From: Candidatus Latescibacterota bacterium
Lineage (GTDB): Bacteria; Latescibacterota; UBA2968; GCA-2709665
Reading direction: 5' to 3'
Assembly: GCA_965219995.1 (NCBI GenBank)
Contig: CBDCOX010000002.1
Coordinates: 4,576,001-4,640,000 of the forward strand
Length of the DNA stretch: 64,000 nt
In this document: positions 57,590-64,000 of the stretch, piece by piece
Numbering within the stretch: position 1 is the stretch's first letter
How the letters are laid out: each line of letters begins with the position of its first letter
Notes under the pieces: model-generated
What the model saw: the letters and a program-made list of their open reading frames with translations, nothing else
What the model was told of the DNA's origin: nothing
Database searches by the model: none
Translations under genes and position numbers: made by a program

Positions 57590-57710
57590 ACGGCGCCGCA
57601 CCCACCTCCACAACCACCTTCTCCACCGTTGCCGTAGACCCCTGCCCCCACGGTGACCTGGACTGCGCCGATGAACGATGCCGGACCGGCCGTCACCGGC
57701 TTCCGATCTC
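57590..57710 (+). pseudogene. Remnants of a Pro-rich linker and an FN3 domain start
   Basis: Translates as TAPHPPPQPPSPPLP* and VTWTAPMNDAGPAVTGFR, an FN3-like N-terminus, without an intact gene. Confidence 0.5.
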
Positions 57711-57821
57711 CCTCAATGATCATCTGTCAGCACTCCGTTGCGTTCCGGTCAGGGACCGACGCAACCTTCTTGCGCAGGTCTGCAGAACGATCTCGCCGAG
57801 AATTCTTATCGTCTGACCATA

Positions 57822-57907
57822 AAATCACGATAAAGTCACTATAACGTGGTGCTGAAGTCACTAAAAAGACATATTAATATTGTATATTGTCATGATAATG
57901 ATACAAT
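57822..57907 (+). promoter_or_regulatory. 11-bp-phased direct repeats plus a sigma70-like promoter
   Basis: AAATCAC 57822, AAGTCAC 57833, AAGTCAC 57855, AAGACAT 57866; TTGTAT(57880)-N16-TACAAT(57902). Confidence 0.5.
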
Positions 57908-57925
57908 AAATGCGGCTCATGGTAA

Positions 57926-58084
57926 ATGCGATTCAACCAGAAACTCGGGCTGAGGTCGGCGGACGCGGACTTCGACCCGCGTATGGACCTGGACAGCGAC
58001 GGCGCCATCGGGTTTTCGGACTTCCTCATGTTCTGGTTCTGGTTGCCGATTCTCTTTCTCACGAATCTGCATTGTTATCAATGA
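57926..58084 (+). pseudogene. Orphan half of a dockerin-like/EF-hand tail (52-aa ORF)
   Basis: Translates MRFNQKLGLRSADADFDPRMDLDSDGAIGFSDFLMF..., which matches the second half of the tail of the 47488 protein. Confidence 0.6.
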
Positions 58085-58100
58085 TGCACGCGGAGTTTTC

Positions 58101-58721
58101 ATGACTCGCAGCATCAAATCGTTCGGCCGCCTGCCTGGTGTTGCAGGCCTGGTTTTCCTGGCGATGTTCATTACTACCTCGTCGCTTCCGACTCAGTCCA
58201 GCCGCTTTTCGCTCTCTCTGGATCTGGATGAAGCCGCTGGCGACCAGGCCGTCTCCTCGCTCGATGTGCTGCCAGATCAGCCAGTCTCCATACAGATCTT
58301 CGGCAGGGAGATCAAGGGCGCCACCGGCATGTCCGCGCGCTTGCGTTTCGATGCCGCCCAGGTCGCATACGTGGGATTCGACCCGGGCGACGCACTGCCG
58401 AATGCGTACGTCGTCGAGCAGCGGGATACCACGTCCATCGCCATCGACGTTTCTTCCCTGAGCGGATCGGTAACGGAGAACGCAGGCCTTGTAGGCACCG
58501 TGCGTCTTCGCACCACCGCGGCCTTCTCGGACACGGAGGTCTGGCTGGTGCAGGCTGAGCTTAGGCGGGACGGCCGTTCCGAAGCGGGATCCGGGGCGGT
58601 GTGGGTTCTTCTGGATGCGCCTTCTCCTCCGTCACCGGACTTCAATGGAAGCGGTGTCGTAGATTTCGCCGATGGACGAGGACGGCAAGCCACCCGTAAG
58701 TGGGTACGAGGTGGGGCATAA
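58101..58721 (+). pseudogene. Secreted cohesin-like protein truncated inside its dockerin-like motif (5' half of a broken gene)
   Basis: Signal-like N-terminus, a cohesin-like beta domain ('SARLRFDAAQVAYVGF...LVGTVRL') and 'PSPDFNGSGVVDFAD', after which the frame loses similarity. Confidence 0.6.
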
Positions 58722-60501
58722 GGAGGAAGAAGCCGGGATATGGCCCGATGGGCTGCTGGTGGCAGGCCGCGCGGATACCAGCGTTACCATTACGGGTCTG
58801 ACCAACGATCAGAGGTATCACGTGCGCGTGCGAACGGTGAACGACGAGGGGGGCAGTCCGTGGTCGGCGCCGGTCGGCGGGGTGCCCGCGATGGGCCCCG
58901 GACCGCGCGGCGAGTTGCGCGACCAGACGGCGCTCATCGGCCGCGACTTGGAAATAAGCCTCGCCAGCCTGTTCACTCGGCCCGCGCGGGGGACGTGGAC
59001 CTATGACGCGACGTCGTCCAACGAGGGGGTGGCCACGGTCACAGTGTCGGATACACTGGCGGTCGTACGCGGCGTTGCTGCAGGACGCACGACCATCACC
59101 GCCACGGCAGCCAACGCGTATGGGAACAGCGCCAAGACTACCTTCGACGTCGTGGTCACGACACCCCCTGACCCGCCGCCAACTCCCCCGCCTCCGCCTC
59201 CTCCGCCACGACAACCGCCACCTCCCCCCCGGCCGCCACCTACGGCCATTGTCGTTGTCTGCGGCCGTACCGCACAGGTCCGTGATGCGATCGTGGCGGC
59301 GGCTGGAGTAACCGATTGCGCAGCGGTCACAGCCGTTCAACTGTCGGCAATATCAGAACTTCGTCTGAGTGACAAGAACATCTCAACATTGACGGCGAGC
59401 GATTTTTCCAACCTGACATCCGTGAAGAAACTCCATCTGGTCGATAATAACCTCGAGACCCTGGCTACGGATCTTTTCGACGAACTGACAGCGTTGGAAG
59501 AACTCTATCTGGGACGCAACCGGCTCACGACGTTACCAGAGAATCTCTTTGCCAATGTGTCAACGTTAAGGAAAATCAGTCTGCGTGAGAACATCATCAG
59601 CACGCTGCCGGCGAACCTCTTTTCCAATCCGTCACCGCTGAAAGAGCTCTATCTGACGCACAACGACCTTACGAGTGTGAATGGGGCGACATTTTCCGGC
59701 CTGGCCGCGCTGGAGAAACTCGCGCTAAATCAGAACAACCTCCATACGGGATCTTTCCCGGCGGGCTTTTTCGCGGGCCTGCCTGCGCTGAAATCACTCT
59801 GGCTGAGCGGCAATCGCTTTCCCGGCCTTACAGCGGACTTCTTCTCGAGCCTGACCGGGCTGGAGGAGCTTTATCTGCCAGGTGTCGGCCTTACCACGCT
59901 GCCGGCGAATCTCCTCTCGAATCTGGTCTCGCTCGAAGTTCTCAGCCTGTCACACAATGAATTGTCCAGCGTGAGTGCAACAGCTTTCTCCGGGCTGACA
60001 TCACTTGAAGAACTTTGGGTTGACTTCTCCGAACTTGAGTCAGACGATCTTCCGTCAGGAGTTTTTTCAAGCCTGTCATCGCTGCGATTTCTGTCACTCA
60101 GGGGTAACGGGCTGCAGAGCCTGCCGGCGGGGGTGTTTTCAGGGCTGACCGCTCTGACAAGACTTGACCTTACCGACAATCCGACTGACCCCTTGCCCAT
60201 TGCGATATCACTGGAACGGGTGGCCACCGGTCAATTCAAGGCCATGGCGCACACAGGTGCGCCATTTGATATGACGCTTCCACTCCAGGTGGTCAACGGT
60301 ACGATCAGCGGCGGTGCAACCAGCATTTTTATTCCCCGTGGTGGACCGGAAAGCGACGTACTCACCGTGAACCGCACCACTGGAACGACCGCTGCCGTGA
60401 CAGTCGACATCGCCTCGTTGCCGTCGCCGCCGTCGAACTACACGGGTCTGACACTGGTCAAGTCCGCCGATTTGCCGCTGCAGGTTATCGCGGCGGAATG
60501 A
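58672..60501 (+). CDS. FN3(partial)-Ig-Pro-rich-LRR protein (3' half of the broken gene; lacks its own signal peptide)
   Basis: Starts mid-FN3 ('PPVSGYEV...TITGLTNDQRYHVRVRTVN'); 'ATSSNEGVATV' Ig-like; PPPP linker; about 11-12 24-aa LRRs 'L..L.L..N.L..LP...F..L'. Confidence 0.7.
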   Translation: MDEDGKPPVSGYEVGHKEEEAGIWPDGLLVAGRADTSVTITGLTNDQRYHVRVRTVNDEGGSPWSAPVGGVPAMGPGPRGELRDQTALIGRDLEISLASLFTRPARGTWTYDATSSNEGVATVTVSDTLAVVRGVAAGRTTITATAANAYGNSAKTTFDVVVTTPPDPPPTPPPPPPPPRQPPPPPRPPPTAIVVVCGRTAQVRDAIVAAAGVTDCAAVTAVQLSAISELRLSDKNISTLTASDFSNLTSVKKLHLVDNNLETLATDLFDELTALEELYLGRNRLTTLPENLFANVSTLRKISLRENIISTLPANLFSNPSPLKELYLTHNDLTSVNGATFSGLAALEKLALNQNNLHTGSFPAGFFAGLPALKSLWLSGNRFPGLTADFFSSLTGLEELYLPGVGLTTLPANLLSNLVSLEVLSLSHNELSSVSATAFSGLTSLEELWVDFSELESDDLPSGVFSSLSSLRFLSLRGNGLQSLPAGVFSGLTALTRLDLTDNPTDPLPIAISLERVATGQFKAMAHTGAPFDMTLPLQVVNGTISGGATSIFIPRGGPESDVLTVNRTTGTTAAVTVDIASLPSPPSNYTGLTLVKSADLPLQVIAAE

Positions 60502-60571
60502 AGGCTTGCCATGCCGCGAATTGCCAGTTCGCGGTACCTCTTCGCCCTCCACGCGAAGGACCGGTCTGAAG

Positions 60572-60700
60572 GTGGGGCGGACATTCCTGTCTGCCCGCGT
60601 CGATGCCGGCGAAGTCTCCGCGCACATGTGTTTGCCGCACTAAAACGTCAGTGACAATCGTGAAGACGGGAGAATCTTCGCTGCGCTCAGAATGACATGC
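60572..60700 (+). repeat. Composite REP-like element related to 3431-3594
   Basis: GTGGGGCGGACATTCCTGTCTGCC at 60572 and gaagacgggagaatcttcgctgcgctcagaatgacatg at ~60663-60699. Confidence 0.75.
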
Positions 60701-60715
60701 TGGGCGATGACCATT

Positions 60716-60868
60716 GACCGGGCCGTCTCCTCGCTCGACCTCCTGCCAGATCAGCCACTCACCATACAGGTCTTCGGTACGGATATCCAGAATGCGGAGG
60801 GTATTTCCGTCCGTTTGCGTTTCGACGAATCCCGGGTCGCGTACGAGGGATTCGATCCGGGCGACGCA
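60716..60868 (+). pseudogene. Isolated duplicate fragment of the cohesin-like domain
   Basis: 'DRAVSSLDLLPDQPLTIQVFGTDIQNAEGISVRLRFDESRVAYEGFDPGDA' versus 'DQAVSSLDVLPDQPVSIQIFGREIKGATGMSARLRFDAAQVAYVGFDPGDA' at ~58242-58394. Confidence 0.75.
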
Positions 60869-60920
60869 ATAGAGACAGGCTCACCAACCTGACGATACTC
60901 ATCCCCTCGTGCCCTTCCGG

Positions 60921-62648
60921 TCACAGGTCGACCCTGACCTTCCCTTCGAACGCGGGGACGGATTCCCACCGCTGAACCACGTCGCGTCCGTCGTCTTCGA
61001 ACACGGCGAGTTCCATGTCCACGTCCGCCTTGCCGTCGAGATCGAGGGTAACCGCCCCGCCGTCGGGCGAGGTCGCGGCCGCGATCCAGGACTCGTCCCG
61101 CGCGCGGGTATACTCGGCAGCCTCGTCGTGGCTCACGCCCCGGACGTCGAACCGGTCCGTCCGCTGCGATACCATTGACAGCCACCGGTCAATTTCGTCC
61201 AGGGTGAGCACGCCGAACTTCTGCTCGTGAGTCGTAATCTCCGAAAAGAACCCGCTGTCCAGCGCAAGTCGGACCGAACCGGCCGCCCGGTCCGCCGCCT
61301 TGTCCATGTCGTTGGTCGGATTGTCGCCGGCCCAGGTCGTACAGCCCGTCAGCACGTCAGGCTCTACGAGGTGGCGAGGGAGCATGGCGCCGATGTTGTA
61401 CATCTCCGGGTCTTCGGGGATATAGTCGTAGAACAGGCTGTTGAGACCGTACGGCCACCAGTTGGGAAACAGCCGCTCCCACTTCACCTGTCCCAGGTGA
61501 TAGGTCGAATAGACGAACGTCCGCCCCCGCGACTTCAGATACGGCAGGACGCGAACGCCCACTTCGCCCCAGTGGAACGCAGCCCGCCGCGGCGGCCTCA
61601 AGCCGCGTTCGTCGTACCATTGGTCCACGCGCTCGAAGATCCCCTTCAACTCCCTGTCGCTGTACTCTCCGATGCCGAAATCGAACGGAATCAGCTTGTA
61701 ATAATCGAAGGCATGCGCATCCCATTCCACCTGACCGGCCATGAAGCGTTCGCGCATATACGGCACCACCTCATCCGGCACGAGGTCCAGGAAGCAGGAG
61801 ACCATCGGCCGGTAACCGTGCCGGTTCATCACCCCTGTATAGCGAAAGTCGTGGCGACCCCGGCCGTCGTCCACCCGTATGGTCACGTACGGCGGCATCA
61901 TCTGCGCGACAAACGGTTTGCGCGCCGCCCAGACGATCGCGCGCCAGAAGAAGGCGTCCAGCCCCATCGCGTGGCCCAGAAAATCTCCGTGCCAGATGCG
62001 GGTAGAACAGGCGAACTGGACCGCGCGGCCGTTGCCGCAGACCCCGGCCAGCACCGCGGGAAACTGATCGGGTTCGTAGGCCGTGGCGGGGACGTTGTGG
62101 CGCGAGAAAATGAGCTGGTCCTTGCCCATGGCAGCCTGCGCCAGTTCCACGACGTGCCGCCCGACGCGCCTGATCTGCGCGATGGTCACGGGCCGTTTCA
62201 GCCGGACCATACTGCCGCCCTGTTGCGTCCAGTTGATGAAATGGTCGTCGTCCCCGATGCGGAGCAGGTCGGAGGCCATCGGGATCCGGTCGACTTCAAT
62301 TCCGAAGAGACGCAGCAGGGGCGGCTTGTAGAGCCTCAGTTCGCCGTCGAAATTGACCAGGCCCAGACCGTCTTCCTCCACGGCCGAAGCGAGCCGTTCC
62401 GTATCCGCCAACGAGAGGGCATCGCCCAGGCGGGCCTGGGCGATAACCGCAGCGGCGCAGTTCTCGAGCAGGTCGGGCGCCAGCGGCCCCTCCGCGAGGT
62501 CGTGGATCCTGAACGGGAATCCGAAGTGCTGAAGCGCCACCAGCACGGTCTGGTCCACGATGCTCGTGTCCGTAAAGCTGCCCCGGCTGTCCACCAGCAC
62601 CAGCAAGGCCCTGTTTCCCGTGCTCTCACGCCGGGGGCGCTGCACCAT
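60921..62648 (-). CDS. Hypothetical protein, possibly with a polysaccharide-deacetylase-like C-terminal half (start 62648-62690)
   Basis: Long ORF with high-GC coding pattern; 'VTIRVDD...WDAHAF...ITTHEQ' is reminiscent of NodB-like folds. Confidence 0.6.
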   Translation of the reverse strand: MVQRPRRESTGNRALLVLVDSRGSFTDTSIVDQTVLVALQHFGFPFRIHDLAEGPLAPDLLENCAAAVIAQARLGDALSLADTERLASAVEEDGLGLVNFDGELRLYKPPLLRLFGIEVDRIPMASDLLRIGDDDHFINWTQQGGSMVRLKRPVTIAQIRRVGRHVVELAQAAMGKDQLIFSRHNVPATAYEPDQFPAVLAGVCGNGRAVQFACSTRIWHGDFLGHAMGLDAFFWRAIVWAARKPFVAQMMPPYVTIRVDDGRGRHDFRYTGVMNRHGYRPMVSCFLDLVPDEVVPYMRERFMAGQVEWDAHAFDYYKLIPFDFGIGEYSDRELKGIFERVDQWYDERGLRPPRRAAFHWGEVGVRVLPYLKSRGRTFVYSTYHLGQVKWERLFPNWWPYGLNSLFYDYIPEDPEMYNIGAMLPRHLVEPDVLTGCTTWAGDNPTNDMDKAADRAAGSVRLALDSGFFSEITTHEQKFGVLTLDEIDRWLSMVSQRTDRFDVRGVSHDEAAEYTRARDESWIAAATSPDGGAVTLDLDGKADVDMELAVFEDDGRDVVQRWESVPAFEGKVRVDL

Positions 62649-62725
62649 CTGTCGCGGTGAGAATCCCATCAGACGTCCTCTGGATGACAACTACCATCCT
62701 GTCTACGATTACGTGCCGCCTCTAT

Positions 62726-62885
62726 CAGTCCGTTGAAAAAGTCGCTCTGCAGGCGAGGCCGAGTCATTGTGGCCGAAGACAAGGCGTTCGACCGACGCGA
62801 ATCCCTGGATTCGGGGAGGGAGCGCAACGCAGTAACCCGGCCACAAGGGCCGGACGCAGCCCGGATGGACTTTTTCAACGGGCTG
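62726..62885. mobile_element. 160-bp MITE
   Basis: TIRs CAGTCCGTTGAAAAAGTC / GACTTTTTCAACGGGCTG (17 of 18 complementary), flanked by the direct repeat CTAT (62722-62725 and 62886-62889). Confidence 0.8.
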
Positions 62886-62926
62886 CTATGGGCAATCTCA
62901 ATGCCTAGCGCTCGTGGACAATCCAG

Positions 62927-63040
62927 TGCTGCAGTAGATCCTTCGTCAGCCGGCCTGCCAATGATTCGCTGTCAGGCAGGTCGGCTTCCTCAGGATGACA
63001 GGTTCAGCGAAGGTCGGCAGACAGGAATGTCTGCCCCACC
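62927..63040 (-). repeat. Inverted composite REP-like element (paralog of 3433-3480 and 3637-3715)
   Basis: gtagatccttcgtcagcc...ttcctcaggatgacaggttcagc...ggcagacaggaatgtctgccccacc. Confidence 0.8.
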
Positions 63041-63298
63041 TTGAGAAACGACACCTGTGAGTCTGGACCCACGCGCGGTGGTCGTGTTTCAACGATGAAT
63101 CGTTGACGCAGATTGCCGGAATGCTATACGACATCCAATGTGGCTGTCGCACTGCCGGAATCTTGCCGAAGGGGAGAATCTCTTGGCGGGAAAGTGTGTA
63201 GGGAAACCTGACTGTGTTGGGATGGCGTCCGGCGAATTCACGACACCTGCACCTCGTTGTCAGCCGCAACCGTTGGTGATTGAGGAAAACGACCGCTG

Positions 63299-63499
63299 TC
63301 AGACCGTCTCGAACTGCAGCGTAGAAAGATTCAGAGTGGATGAGCGTTTCGAGAGATGGAGCATCTCCACGCCTACCACTTCGTTGGACGCGTTGTAGTC
63401 GAGTACAACTCCCGGTGAGACCTCCTCAGACTCGATTATGGGAGAATCGTCGAGGCGCAGATAGAGAGCATCGGCTTCCTTGTCTACGTTCAGTTTCAT
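63299..63499 (-). CDS. DUF2283-family putative antitoxin
   Basis: 'MKLNVDKEADALYLRL....IESEEVSPGVVLDY....VVGVEML'; ATG overlaps the upstream stop. Confidence 0.85.
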   Translation of the reverse strand: MKLNVDKEADALYLRLDDSPIIESEEVSPGVVLDYNASNEVVGVEMLHLSKRSSTLNLSTLQFETV

Positions 63500-63747
63500 A
63501 TTCTTCCTTTCATGCCACGATCGAAGAATACGCTCACCACTCGCCATGGAACAGCGTGAGTGTTAACGGCCACCCGCAGCACGCGGTCAGAGTGTTCGGG
63601 TATGGGGCGAAAGAACCGTTCCACCTCAGGGTCATCAGGATCCTGCGAGCGCATAGCGGGATCAGCCACAGCCCTTTCAATCCACTCCGGAGGAATCATC
63701 CGTTCGGCCATTACGTGACGGGCGTGCCGAGTGTATTCGAGAGTCAT
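63496..63747 (-). CDS. DUF4258-family putative RelE-like toxin
   Basis: 'EYTRHARHVMAERMI..EWIERAV..P...RVLRVAV...VVSVFFDR'. Confidence 0.8.
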   Translation of the reverse strand: MTLEYTRHARHVMAERMIPPEWIERAVADPAMRSQDPDDPEVERFFRPIPEHSDRVLRVAVNTHAVPWRVVSVFFDRGMKGRI

Positions 63748-63895
63748 GGATTATTCGGCATCCGCAACGGAATCATGAAACAGCGCCCGCGAGAAGTTGA
63801 TCCTCTGCCGTATTGTTATTCAGTTTAAAAATGCTCCTTATCGATGATTTTAGCAAGGGGAAAAGTGTGGAGCAGGGAGGATACCATGGGACGTG

Positions 63896-63919
63896 GGCAG
63901 ACAGGAATGTCCGCCCCGC
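63896..63919 (-). repeat. REP-like GGCAGACAGGAATGTCCGCCCC copy
   Basis: Same family as 3433-3456. Confidence 0.75.
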
Positions 63920-64000
63920 CTTTACTTCAGAACTCGACGGATTTCGGTTTCCGGGACGCGGCCCGGCCGGAGGATTTCGGGGATGCCGCGTGTGACGTCG

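Overview
GC-rich bacterial window. The gene families (DUF6784/6785-type membrane protein, proteins with FlgD-Ig/'T9SS-like' PNPFN tails, dockerin-like DFDGDG tails, Calx-beta, WD40 and LRR secreted proteins) suggest an FCB-group organism such as Latescibacterota or Gemmatimonadota, possibly a sponge or invertebrate symbiont; this is inference only. Layout: (1) 1-15 kb, mixed metabolic genes (cyclase-like, uppP, histidine phosphatase, TIM-barrel epimerase, APC-USP permease, two Gfo/Idh/MocA, HAD) plus a hicB-hicA pair next to a nest of short palindromic repeats. (2) 15-24.8 kb, a FadR-type regulator with a visible operator, divergent from a 9-gene cobalamin methyl-transfer operon (unknown protein, MtaA/CmuA-like methyltransferase, corrinoid protein, small Cys protein, RamA/RACo activator, MetF-MetV fusion, pterin-binding and homocysteine-binding methyltransferase modules, 'virulence factor' domain protein). 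(3) 24.8-32.6 kb, an IMPase/LbH-acyltransferase/GHMP-kinase cluster, nagA and recD2. (4) 32.8-61 kb, the most unusual part: a single-chain cytoplasmic GAF-PAS-histidine kinase-receiver-winged-helix regulator divergent from a ~25-kb array of modular secreted proteins. Three of these transcription units are preceded by a duplicated promoter module with four TCA boxes phased 11/21/11 bp just upstream of a 17-bp-spaced sigma70-like promoter; a fourth box array lies next to the regulator gene and a variant lies at 57.8 kb. The array also contains shared and shuffled domains and domain remnants. (5) 61-64 kb, a hypothetical protein, a 160-bp MITE with TIRs and a CTAT target duplication, and a DUF4258-DUF2283 toxin-antitoxin pair. 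No rRNA, tRNA or CRISPR array was seen. All product calls come from motif recognition by eye; no database search was run.
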